From positions 3,477,511-3,509,510 of the forward strand of contig CAXXEA010000003.1 of the NCBI GenBank assembly GCA_963674885.2: 32,000 nucleotides of DNA, given 5' to 3'. The first letter of the stretch is position 1. Every line of letters starts with the position of its first letter. The stretch comes from Desulfobacterales bacterium (GTDB taxonomy: Bacteria > Desulfobacterota > Desulfobacteria > Desulfobacterales > UBA5852). Below the pieces are notes generated by a model, which saw only the letters and a list, made by a program, of their open reading frames with translations, was not told the origin of the DNA and ran no database searches. Positions 1-8,279 of the stretch are shown piece after piece. The translations under genes and the position numbers were made by a program.

Positions 1-423
1 CGCCCATCCCCAAAGCCGCCGACCGCTGACTTCACTCCGGGCACATTCCAACCCTTCGACAGGCCGCTTGGGGTGCTCGTGAGCGGGTTTCCCGACGGGG
101 GCATCGATCTTCATCCATTCTCTGACCGCCGAAATTTCGCCAAAAGGGATGCCGGTTTGCGCCATGCCCCACGGTCCGGGATTCATGCCCACCAGGACAA
201 TTTCCACCGGCGCGTGCCCATAGGTTTTGAGGTACCGATCGTAAGGACGACGGGCATAAACAAGGGGGTTGTAGACATGGGTAACCGGGGGCTGGAACAC
301 GAGAGGTTCGAGGTCCTTGATCAGTCGATTGGTAATGCTTGTCAGATTCAATGGGGTCGCTTTCGTGCGCTGGCGGGCGGCGGCGGGTTGGCCGGGTTTC
401 GACTGGTTGCGGTGGCGGCTCAC
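1..423 (-). CDS. SMUG1-family (family 3) uracil-DNA glycosylase; N-terminal ~141 codons, gene continues beyond window start
   Basis: My own minus-strand translation; it is absent from the ORF track because it leaves the window. Sequence: ...LIKDLEPLVFQPPVTHVYNPLVYARRPYDRYLKTYGHAPVEIVLVGMNPGPWGMAQTGIPFGEISAVREWMKIDAPVGKPAHEHPKRPVEGLECARSEVSGRRLWGWA. GMNPGPWGMAQTGIPFG matches the SMUG1 active-site motif. GTG at 423-421 overlaps the TGA (422-420) of the upstream gene. The + strand ORF 73..456 is its antisense shadow. Confidence 0.75.
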   Translation of the reverse strand, partial: MSRHRNQSKPGQPAAARQRTKATPLNLTSITNRLIKDLEPLVFQPPVTHVYNPLVYARRPYDRYLKTYGHAPVEIVLVGMNPGPWGMAQTGIPFGEISAVREWMKIDAPVGKPAHEHPKRPVEGLECARSEVSGRRLWGWA

Positions 424-938
424 ACCAAGCAGCCGATGATATCGGGTAGGATGTGATCCCGGTTTTCCCATGTCAAGGTGCGCAGGTCCACATCCCAGCG
501 TTCTTTGACCTCTGTGATAAACCCTCCGCCGCGATAGGCGACCGTGGCGATGGCTTTTTTTTCGGAGGCCAGGACCGACTGGACGATCGTGCGAAACACG
601 GCCGAGAAACACTCCATTTTTCCAATCTCGTCGATAATGATGACGTCGACACCGGGTTCGAGGAATTGGATAGTCTTCAGGAAACGTTCAAATCCAGCAA
701 TATCGACTCCGTATTTTCCGACCCTGAAAGGGCTTTTGACGTCCACATGTGATAAAAGGGCCGTTTGTCCATTCAGGCCAACCAGCTCGAATCCCAGCCT
801 TTTACCATTTTGACGGATTTCCCGTGTCGAAAAGCCCGTCAGCTTGTAGCCGCCGAGGGCGTCGCATACCATGCGGATCAGGGTGCTTTTCCCGATTCCG
901 GGCGGGCCGGTGATCAATAAATTATCCGCTATGGTCAT
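420..938 (-). CDS. THEP1/NTPase_1-family nucleoside triphosphatase (P-loop)
   Basis: Walker A GPPGIGKST and Walker B-like VIIIDEIGKME. At ~172 aa the size is typical of the family. Start is placed at ATG 938 (MTIADNLLITGPPG) because GGAGA lies 7 nt upstream. The track ORF extends to 971. Confidence 0.8.
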   Translation of the reverse strand: MTIADNLLITGPPGIGKSTLIRMVCDALGGYKLTGFSTREIRQNGKRLGFELVGLNGQTALLSHVDVKSPFRVGKYGVDIAGFERFLKTIQFLEPGVDVIIIDEIGKMECFSAVFRTIVQSVLASEKKAIATVAYRGGGFITEVKERWDVDLRTLTWENRDHILPDIIGCLV

Positions 939-1528
939 GGCGTGTTCTCCGGCAACGATGGCGAGTGACATCCCTCCCTCAGGCTACACCGGTGGCGATA
1001 GGGACCGGATTCAGCGGTCGGTGGTTGGCATTGAAGTGCCGATGGCTTCCCGGAGCGACGGATCGCACGGCTCTGCTTACCTGCAAGTGTCTGCTCGCAT
1101 CATTTGAAAACATAGCATGCGGCGCTGTTTCAATGAAACCCCAATTTTAACGTTGTATTCAGGATGTGTTCGCTTCCGGGAGTGCTCGCAGTCGATGCTT
1201 TCCCATGTGGCAGCCGCCGGAGGGGAAAGACGATCGGCACGCCATTGAGGCCGAAAATGGTCTTCTTTCGTGGCCGGATTTACCGTCAATCTGGGAAATA
1301 ATATGCCAAGTGAGAAATCAATTACCGGGAATACCCCTATATCTTTGCCACTCAGTGGGTACCGACCCCAATATGTGGTGTGCATGGTTTTTGCATTAAA
1401 TTTTGATCGGAACTCGGCGTTGATCCTTATTCGCCGTTTGCGGAAAGCAAGTTACGCACAAGCCGCACGAAACCGAATGCGCGCAACGGTTGGCAGGATC
1501 TGCGGGAACGAACCGTTAAGGGCCACCA

Positions 1529-1930
1529 ATGGGAAATGTTATTCCACTTTACCGAAAGCTACATGTTCTCTTCGTGGAAAATGACTGGGTGATCCGTCAA
1601 ATATTGACGGAACATTTCGCGCATGATCCCAACTGCCATGTGGTCAGCTTTGCCAATCCTGAAAAAGCGGTGTCCTATTTGCGCCAGGGATGTGGTGCAA
1701 ATCGCATTTTTTCGAATATCCATTTGGGTGAAAGCGGCGGGATTGACCTGTCTTCAGGATCCGAGTGGCAAAGTCGGATTGAACTGGCCATTGCCCCCGG
1801 ATATGACGCCGAGGAGGATCGCTTTCGCGCCATCGAAGCCGGGCTGGGGTTTTTCCGTGTCAAATCCTATCACGACGTCGATCTTTTGCACCTCGTCCAC
1901 CATACGATGAGCCATTCATCCTCGCAATAA
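1529..1930 (+). CDS. Single-domain response-regulator receiver-like protein, probable pseudo-receiver
   Basis: REC-like pattern: HVLFVENDWVIRQIL ... RIFSNIHLGESGGIDL ... IEAGLGFFRVKSY. The position expected for the phospho-acceptor Asp reads Asn (codon 1715-1717). The SD is weak. Confidence 0.6.
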   Translation: MGNVIPLYRKLHVLFVENDWVIRQILTEHFAHDPNCHVVSFANPEKAVSYLRQGCGANRIFSNIHLGESGGIDLSSGSEWQSRIELAIAPGYDAEEDRFRAIEAGLGFFRVKSYHDVDLLHLVHHTMSHSSSQ

Positions 1931-2069
1931 TAGCCGCCGTTTTTATTGCAGCCGGCGCCGATGGCAGCCGGTCCTGAACATCTTTCCCAGCATATCTCAG
2001 TTCGATTTTTTCATATCGGCATGATTGACGGCTTTTATGGCGGTGCCATGCCCATTTGTCGTATCGATG

Positions 2070-2198
2070 TCAGACCGCCTCCGAAGGTGGTGTGAGAAGT
2101 TCAAACAATGTTGCGGGAGCAGCGCACACCGGACAACGATAGGGAGGTTTCTCGCCGTCGTGGATGTACCCGCAGATGATGCAACGCCAGCGCTTCAT
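2070..2198 (-). CDS. Rubredoxin-like / zinc-ribbon mini-protein (42 aa)
   Basis: My own translation; it is below the ORF-track size cut-off. MKRWRCIICGYIHDGEKPPYRCPVCAAPATLFELLTPPSEAV has two CxxC knuckles in rubredoxin-like context (CxxCGY ... CPxC). A strong SD (GAGAGGGGG) lies just upstream of the ATG at 2198. Confidence 0.5.
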   Translation of the reverse strand: MKRWRCIICGYIHDGEKPPYRCPVCAAPATLFELLTPPSEAV

Positions 2199-2422
2199 TC
2201 GACCCCCTCTCTAAAAATAACCGTTTCCACGTCTTGTTTTTCAGCTCCTTACGTTTCATCATGCGATAGGCCAATTTCCCTCATGATGCAAGGCCTGCCG
2301 AACATCAACACTCCCGACCGAACCGTAGGATGCGAAACGTCTTGCTTGCAGTCGTTTGGCGTGTCAGTTCCCTGTGTATCGGCTCGCGCGTGATTGTTTA
2401 GCCCCTATCCGGAGGAGATCGA

Positions 2423-2668
2423 TTGGACGCTGCCATGCGTATTCAGGTGGAATGCTATGCCGGGCACCGCGGGGAGGAAACACCGCGATGGCTGCAAATC
2501 GGGGACCGTCGGTTGGAAGTGGTCGCGATTCTTGATCGCTGGCTGGCCCCGGAGCACCGCTATTTCAAATGCGAAACAGCCGAAGGGGCCCAATGGATTA
2601 TCCGCCACGACACCCTGGCCGATCGGTGGGAGCTGACCTATTTCAAGCAAGCGTCATTTCCACCCTGA
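2423..2668 (+). CDS. Small conserved-looking hypothetical protein (81 aa)
   Basis: TTG start at 2423 sits 5 nt after GGAGGAG (2411-2417). Codon usage looks like that of neighbouring genes. I recognise no motif (MRIQVECYAGHRGEETPRWLQIGDRRLEVVAILDRWLAPEHRYFKCE...). Confidence 0.6.
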   Translation: MDAAMRIQVECYAGHRGEETPRWLQIGDRRLEVVAILDRWLAPEHRYFKCETAEGAQWIIRHDTLADRWELTYFKQASFPP

Positions 2669-3001
2669 CGCCAGCCGTCTTTACCTGGTGGTGCTGACCG
2701 GTTGAGGCTGGCGCTCACGGCTGGCCTCCGCGTGGTTTTAACGGATGTGCGGTGGACCGGTCAGCATCCCTTGTTTCTTTCCACCGTCATTATTGGCTAA
2801 AGCATCCCCCGCAACCCGCCGATAAACCTTATAGACGTTTCCAAGGTGTTCAGGTCCTTTCCCGTTTACGTCATCGATTTTTCTGACAATCAAAGGTGAT
2901 GACGGGTTGGAAATGGTCGATCCGACCTGGTTACAGCGGCGACCCACTTGAACGATTCAGGCGGCAGCAAATGCACTCGGACAGCATCCAATGGAGGAAC
3001 C

Positions 3002-3778
3002 ATGTTTCACATCAAGTTTGACCACCAATCCGTCATCGGCCATGTGCGTGACATCAACGAGGATGCCTATGCCGTCATGCATGGAAATGACGCCAGTGGA
3101 TCGCTGGCCGTTGTCTGTGATGGAATGGGGGGCGTGGCCGGCGGGGAAATCGCCAGCCGGATCGTCTGTGAAACCTTTTATGATTTCCCTATCTACCGGG
3201 ACGGGATCAAGCCTTTCAATGCCGGCTCCAACCGTCACCGGCTCGAACGGCTGATCCATGTGTCCAATGAAAAAATTCGCGATTTTGTCCGCCATCATCC
3301 CCGTTACAAAGGGATGGGGACCACGGTGTCGACCCTGCTTTTCCTTGAAGATAAAATCGTTGTTGCCCACGTCGGGGATTCGCGCATCTATCGTCTGCGT
3401 GACGGCGAACTCACGCTTCTGACCCGAGATCAGACCCTGCGCGATCACCTGCTGCAAACCGGAAAGATTACCTCGGACGATGCTATTGGCCATCCCAGTG
3501 GACACATTCTGCTGCAAGCGGTGGGGGCTTCGGCCCAGTTAAGCCGGATTCAGTCCCGGGTGGATGACTTGGCGGCGGGCGACCTGTTTTTGGTTTGCTC
3601 GGATGGGCTCAGTGACGTTGTTCGAGATGGGGAGATTCAGGATATTCTTTCCACCAGACCCTTTGCGCGGGTATGCGGCGATTTGGTGCAATTGGCGCTG
3701 CAGCGCGGCGGCCATGACAACATCACGGTCATCACCGCCGCCGTAGCGGATGCCGCCGTTCAACGCCAGGCCGCCTGA
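3002..3778 (+). CDS. PP2C-family Ser/Thr protein phosphatase
   Basis: PP2C motifs are present: RDINEDAY, VCDGMGG, MGTTVSTL, AHVGDSRIY, CSDGLSD, GGHDNITVI. ATG 3002 is preceded by GGAGGAA. The track ORF starts earlier, at 2948. Confidence 0.9.
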   Translation: MFHIKFDHQSVIGHVRDINEDAYAVMHGNDASGSLAVVCDGMGGVAGGEIASRIVCETFYDFPIYRDGIKPFNAGSNRHRLERLIHVSNEKIRDFVRHHPRYKGMGTTVSTLLFLEDKIVVAHVGDSRIYRLRDGELTLLTRDQTLRDHLLQTGKITSDDAIGHPSGHILLQAVGASAQLSRIQSRVDDLAAGDLFLVCSDGLSDVVRDGEIQDILSTRPFARVCGDLVQLALQRGGHDNITVITAAVADAAVQRQAA

Positions 3779-4119
3779 TTCCCCCATTACCAGCACGCCT
3801 GTCATGCAAGAAATCAGAGGAAACGCTCACCCCGATGCCATCTGATCGTTGATGGTTTTGCTACACATTCGCATGGCGCCGAATTACCAGGGCCATGATC
3901 CCTTTTCGATAGAGCCATGGGCGGTCAACTCCGCATAGGTCCATCCCGGTCTCCGAATCATTCCGGATTGTTGCACCTTCTTATGAGGCCCGCAACGTTG
4001 TCCCTTGCCTCGGGCGATTCAGGTTTTTTATTGTCCGGAACCACCGGGTATAGTAGCCTGCCGCAAATCTGGACTTATTGTAAAAGAGGTCCACCTAAAT
4101 TCATGAAGAGCGATTGCTA

Positions 4120-4932
4120 ATGGAAACAAAGGATTATTACCAGATATTAGGCGTTCCGCGAGATGCCACGGACAAGGCCGTCAAAGAGGCCTATCGGGAA
4201 CTGGCCTTCAAGCATCACCCGGATCGCAACAAGGACAACCCGGATGCCGTCGATCGCATGAAAGCGGTCAATGAAGCTTACGCTGTTTTATCCCATCCGG
4301 ATAAACGGCGGGAATATGACACCATGCGACAGCAGTTCGGTGCTTCCGCCTACAGCCAGTTTCGACAACAGTATACGGACCAGGATATTTTTTCCGGGTC
4401 GGACATCTTCCGGATCTTTGAAGAGATGACCCGGATGCATGGATTCAGACGTTCTGAAGATGTTTTCAGGGAATTCTACGGGCCCGGCTATCGCACCTTC
4501 AGCGGGCGGCGTCCCGGTATGCTGTTTAAAGGGTTTGTTTTTACCGGAAACGGACCAGGCAGAGGTCGTCGTCGCGGTGCCGCCTTGCCCGGCGGTCGTG
4601 GCTTCGGCCGTCTGGCACGACATATGATGGAGCGTCTGGCCGGGGTGACCCTGCCCCAGGCGGGAGAGGATACGGAGGATACCATTCGGCTGACGCCCGA
4701 TAAGGCCCAGCAGGGCGGACCGTATGCTTATTACGAACGCAAACAGAAGAAAAAACTGGTCGTCAAAATTCCTCCCGGCGTTCGTCAAGGACAGCGCATC
4801 CGCTTGGCGGGCATGGGAGGGGCGGGCCGCGGCGGCGGGCCGCCGGGTGATCTCTACCTGCGGGTTGAGATTGCGCAGCCGCTTTTGGACCGGTTGCGCA
4901 CACGCTTGAAACGGTGGCTGCCAGGGCCGTAA
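4120..4932 (+). CDS. J-domain protein (DnaJ/CbpA-like, no zinc-finger domain, single C-terminal beta domain)
   Basis: J domain DYYQILGVPRDATDKAVKEAYRELAFKHHPDRN with HPD. It is followed by a G/R-rich linker. The C-terminal segment KLVVKIPPGVRQGQRIRLAGMGGAG..GGPPGDLYLRVEI resembles one DnaJ C-terminal substrate-binding repeat. Confidence 0.85.
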   Translation: METKDYYQILGVPRDATDKAVKEAYRELAFKHHPDRNKDNPDAVDRMKAVNEAYAVLSHPDKRREYDTMRQQFGASAYSQFRQQYTDQDIFSGSDIFRIFEEMTRMHGFRRSEDVFREFYGPGYRTFSGRRPGMLFKGFVFTGNGPGRGRRRGAALPGGRGFGRLARHMMERLAGVTLPQAGEDTEDTIRLTPDKAQQGGPYAYYERKQKKKLVVKIPPGVRQGQRIRLAGMGGAGRGGGPPGDLYLRVEIAQPLLDRLRTRLKRWLPGP

Positions 4933-5045
4933 AGCAACACGCGCTTTCTATTTCGGCGGTGGTAACGCACGGGGAAATGGCGTCGTCCTTGTCGATTTAA
5001 TCCCGCCCGGAAACGGGGACCATAGAAAACAGGAGGAGAACCGAA

Positions 5046-5789
5046 ATGGACATTCTGCGGGGCATCCAGTTAAACTTTCGTGGACTGCTGCTTGGACTGC
5101 GGACCCCACGGCTTCTCTTGCTGGGCCTGCTCCGTTTTCTGGCCTTCTTTGTGATCGGTGTGGGCGCTGCCGTGGTTTTCTTCGCCTATCAACAGGATAT
5201 CATCCAGTTGATCTGGGCCAAACCGGAAAGCCTCTGGGTGCTGTGGCTGTGGTATCTGGCCGCCTGGCTGCTGTCGCTGGTTCTCCTCGCCCTGACATCC
5301 GTTATGGGATATGTTGTCTGTCAGGTCTTGTTTTGTGTGGTCATCATGGATCAGATGTCCCGCATTACAGAGCGGTTGATCACCGGTCAGGAGAAAAAGC
5401 CGACCACCAAATCGTTTCCGGCCCAACTGGTTTACCTCATCAAGCAGGAAATTCCCCGCACGATCATTCCCGTGTTGGTGACACTCGTGATCATGGGAAT
5501 TGGGTGGTTGACGCCATTGGGTCCGTTCCTCTCGATTGTCGGTCCAGTAGCCGCCGTCATGTTCCTGGCCTGGGACAACACGGATTTGCTTCCCGCCCGG
5601 CAGTTTTATCCCTTCACCGAACGCTTCCGTATGTTCCGACGGCGACTGCTATTCCATCTGGGATTCGGGCTGCCATTTCTCATCCCCCTGGTTAATGTGC
5701 TGCTGCTGTCCTTCGCGCCGGTCGGCGCCACGCTTTACCAAGTTGAAAAAGGAAACGATGCGGCTGCTGATCCCGCTGCGGTTGGTTGA
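5046..5789 (+). CDS. Polytopic membrane protein, EI24/CysZ-like
   Basis: Strong SD (AGGAGGAGAA) precedes ATG 5046. There are several hydrophobic helices. The C-terminal part (WDNTDLLPARQFYPFTERFRMFRRRLLFHLGFGLPFLIPLVNVLLL) resembles the EI24/CysZ family. The family call is from memory only. Confidence 0.65.
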   Translation: MDILRGIQLNFRGLLLGLRTPRLLLLGLLRFLAFFVIGVGAAVVFFAYQQDIIQLIWAKPESLWVLWLWYLAAWLLSLVLLALTSVMGYVVCQVLFCVVIMDQMSRITERLITGQEKKPTTKSFPAQLVYLIKQEIPRTIIPVLVTLVIMGIGWLTPLGPFLSIVGPVAAVMFLAWDNTDLLPARQFYPFTERFRMFRRRLLFHLGFGLPFLIPLVNVLLLSFAPVGATLYQVEKGNDAAADPAAVG

Positions 5790-5820
5790 CGCTCTGTTCT
5801 TTCGCGCGGCGATGGTTGGT

Positions 5821-7146
5821 TCAATGTTTGGGCCGGTGGTGGCCGAATAGCGTTTCGTTCTTCATCGAGTGGTTGTTACGCGGCATCATTAGAAACACCA
5901 ACACAGCCAAGAGCGCGAATCCGGCGAGGGTGATCATCACAGCCGCAATGTAGGACCAGCGGTAGGCCGTTTCGGCCGCATATCCAAAGTGCAGAAGGAC
6001 ATCGACCAGCGGTCCGGCAACCAGAGTGCCGGCCAGTCCCCAACTGAGAAAGAAGGTCGCATTGAACAATCCAAAACGCCGCCCGCGCTGTGCTGCGGGG
6101 ATGAGGACGGAGGCGAAGGCATACGACGATGCCACGATGATGCTTTCGGCGCATCCCTTGAGAAAACTGCCGATGTAGATCAGGCTTAAATGGGAAACGG
6201 TTGCGAAAATGAGCAGATAGGCAACGCTCATCAGTGTCCCCAGCAATACACTGGGACCATTGCCGATTCTCAAGACAATGCCGCCTACGGCCAAACCGCT
6301 GAGAATCATGGCGATGGATTCCGTGTTGACGATGGTGCTCAGGGTTCGGCTGGTGACCGCAAAACCGCTATCCAAAAAAAGATATTGGGCCTGGATAATG
6401 ACAACGGAATTCCGGCCGAAATTGATCAATGCCATTGCAATCAGGAAGATCCCGAACCAGCGGCCTGATCGGCTATGGGCCGCAGGATCGGTGGTGGGTT
6501 GGGTCTCTCCCGCTGGCGTGGCGCCGCCTTCCGGGAGAGCCAGCAACGGTATGGTCGATACGAACATGACACCGGCGGCCACAAAGAAAAGCGCCCCGTG
6601 CTCAAATCCCCATCCCTCGTAATAATGCCCTAATCCATCGTATAGAAGCCCTCCGATCCATACGCCGCCAATCCGTCCGATAGCCCCGGCACTTGTCAAT
6701 TTACCCTGCACGGCACCACGTTCTTCCGGTGGATAGAGGTCTGATATCAACGCACTCCATCCAATGTTGGACATGGACCAGAATATTTCGACAATGGTCA
6801 GTCCGACGATGATGACATAGGCCATCGTACGGTGATTTTCCGGCAGAGTATGCACAAACCAAACGGCCAGGGTCCCGACGCCGCCGAGGATTTCACCCCA
6901 GAAAATCAATGTGCGGCGCAACTGGTAGCGGTCCGAGAGGCGTCCCCACAGGGTTGTCTGAAAAATGATATTCGCCAGCATGGGCAGCGTGGCGAATAGG
7001 GTTGTTTCCGTTACACTGAGCTTGAGGAAATAACGAAGATAGACGGAAAGATAGGCATAAAACATCCCCCGACGGAACATGGCCAGGATCTGAAAGGAGG
7101 AGACGCTGAGAAAACGTCCGCTGGAACGGGAAAACAATTGCGGCAT
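5821..7146 (-). CDS. MFS transporter
   Basis: About 12 hydrophobic helices and MFS motif A-like WGRLSDRYQLRRTL. Start is placed at ATG 7146 (MPQLFSRSSGRF...). The track ORF's additional 124 N-terminal codons are not MFS-like. Confidence 0.85.
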   Translation of the reverse strand: MPQLFSRSSGRFLSVSSFQILAMFRRGMFYAYLSVYLRYFLKLSVTETTLFATLPMLANIIFQTTLWGRLSDRYQLRRTLIFWGEILGGVGTLAVWFVHTLPENHRTMAYVIIVGLTIVEIFWSMSNIGWSALISDLYPPEERGAVQGKLTSAGAIGRIGGVWIGGLLYDGLGHYYEGWGFEHGALFFVAAGVMFVSTIPLLALPEGGATPAGETQPTTDPAAHSRSGRWFGIFLIAMALINFGRNSVVIIQAQYLFLDSGFAVTSRTLSTIVNTESIAMILSGLAVGGIVLRIGNGPSVLLGTLMSVAYLLIFATVSHLSLIYIGSFLKGCAESIIVASSYAFASVLIPAAQRGRRFGLFNATFFLSWGLAGTLVAGPLVDVLLHFGYAAETAYRWSYIAAVMITLAGFALLAVLVFLMMPRNNHSMKNETLFGHHRPKH

Positions 7147-7417
7147 GAGCGTTGATCTCCGGAAGCGGGAAAATGCCGTTCTATAGGGTATTTCGGATTC
7201 AACATCAAGCCATAAACCATTGCAAATCGGGGAGTTTCTACCGTGGTCGGAACCGCCATTTTGGTCAAGGGCACTGTTGTCGTTTACGAGAGGCCCCTGG
7301 CTTTTCGGGTTGACTGTCGGGAGGTTTAAGCATATGAAAATGGAAGGATTCCAAGTAAAATCAACCTGTGCTATGAGTTTTTTATCTTCGAACGCGACAA
7401 GGATCAAAGGGGGAAAG

Positions 7418-7987
7418 ATGCGGAGAACATTACTGGCGTGGCGAATTGTTGCGGTTGCAGGACTAATGCTGTTCGCCCTCAGCGCCTGTGCCAGCCGGCA
7501 AACGACCGCCCCGACCATGACGGACGATCAAACCACGGCACAATCGTCGGAAATTTCCAATGAAGAAGCTCTCGCCCGGCAGCAGGCGCTGGAAGAACAA
7601 CAGCGCCAGGATGAAGCTGACCGGCGGCAGTTCGAAAGCGAACGCAACCGCTTTGTCTATGAAGATATCTTTTTTGCGCGCAACCAATATCGCCTGGATG
7701 AGAATGCCCGTCGCGAAATGGAGTGGAAGGCCGCCTGGTTGTTGACCTATCCGGATATCGAGGTTCTAATCGAAGGGCACTGCGACGAAGGCGGACGGCC
7801 GGAAGACAACCTGGCGCTCGGCATGCGCCGCGCGGGCGAAGTGGAGAGCTTCTTTTTGCGCCGCGGTATCGCCCGGGAGCGGCTCACGGCCATCAGCTAC
7901 GGCAAGGAGCGGCCGGTAGCGACCGGTGAAGGCGAAGAAGTACGGGCCAAGAACAGACGCGTCCGCACGATCATTATTGACGAATAG
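7418..7987 (+). CDS. pal: Peptidoglycan-associated lipoprotein (Pal / OmpA-C-like domain)
   Basis: Lipoprotein signal MRRTLLAWRIVAVAGLMLFALSAC. OmpA_C-like domain: IFFARNQYRLDENARREMEWKAAWLLTYPDIEVLIEGHCDEGGRPEDNLALGMRRAGEVESFFLRRGIARERLTAISYGKERP. SD AAGGGGGAAAG precedes ATG 7418. Confidence 0.9.
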   Translation: MRRTLLAWRIVAVAGLMLFALSACASRQTTAPTMTDDQTTAQSSEISNEEALARQQALEEQQRQDEADRRQFESERNRFVYEDIFFARNQYRLDENARREMEWKAAWLLTYPDIEVLIEGHCDEGGRPEDNLALGMRRAGEVESFFLRRGIARERLTAISYGKERPVATGEGEEVRAKNRRVRTIIIDE

Positions 7988-8060
7988 ACGCCACATGGAC
8001 CGCTATGCGGCTGGAACGGCCGCATTTGATGCAGACACCTCATCCACATGAACGATCTTG

Positions 8061-8125
8061 CCGGCCACCGTGTTACGCACTGTCGGAATTCACGCCGAAA
8101 GTGCGCGGTGGCCGGTTTCGTTGGT
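8061..8125 (+). terminator. Long interrupted hairpin followed by a T-rich tract, candidate intrinsic terminator of pal
   Basis: Three stems: CCGGCCACCG (8061-8070) pairs with CGGTGGCCGG (8106-8115), CGCACT (8076-8081) with AGTGCG (8100-8105), and TCGG (8083-8086) with CCGA (8095-8098). TTTCGTTGGTTCTT follows. It lies in the convergent gap between pal and the LOG gene. Confidence 0.4.
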
Positions 8126-8279
8126 TCTTCCCCGTTATATCTGTTTTGAGCAACCGACCCGATGGAAATTCCAGAGCTAACTGTTTTTGACCGGGTTGCC
8201 TGATGATGCCTGCCTCCGGTCGACCACGAACGATTGTCTTCGCGGTGCGACCGGCGGCCTGCGTGGCACATTGAAATGC

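Noticed and set aside
73-456. 127-aa + strand ORF at the window start
   Set aside because: It is the antisense shadow of the minus-strand SMUG1-type glycosylase, whose translation carries a clear family motif. The + frame has no motif and no SD.
551-558. Run of eight T (A8 on the coding strand) inside the NTPase gene
   Set aside because: It encodes EKK in frame and the ORF is intact. There is no evidence for slippage or phase variation.
2738-2947. 69-aa minus-strand ORF upstream of the PP2C gene
   Set aside because: It has a GTG start without an SD. Third-position GC is only about half, clearly lower than neighbouring genes, and I recognise no motif. It would also leave only ~50 bp for the PP2C promoter. 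I treat it as non-coding.
3917-4120. 67-aa ORF in the spacer before the J-domain gene
   Set aside because: It has no SD and an atypical composition, and it ends at the real gene start. This is more likely a promoter/5' UTR region.
7147-7518. 5' extension of the MFS ORF (124 extra codons)
   Set aside because: The extension is not hydrophobic or MFS-like and overlaps the pal upstream region. ATG 7146 begins a normal MFS N-terminus.
8261-8277. TGGCAC...TGC sigma54-like element
   Set aside because: The GG-to-GC spacing is off by one, and it points into the 3' end of a convergent gene. Other TGGCAC occurrences (4612, 16755, 17271) lie inside coding regions without a TTGC partner.
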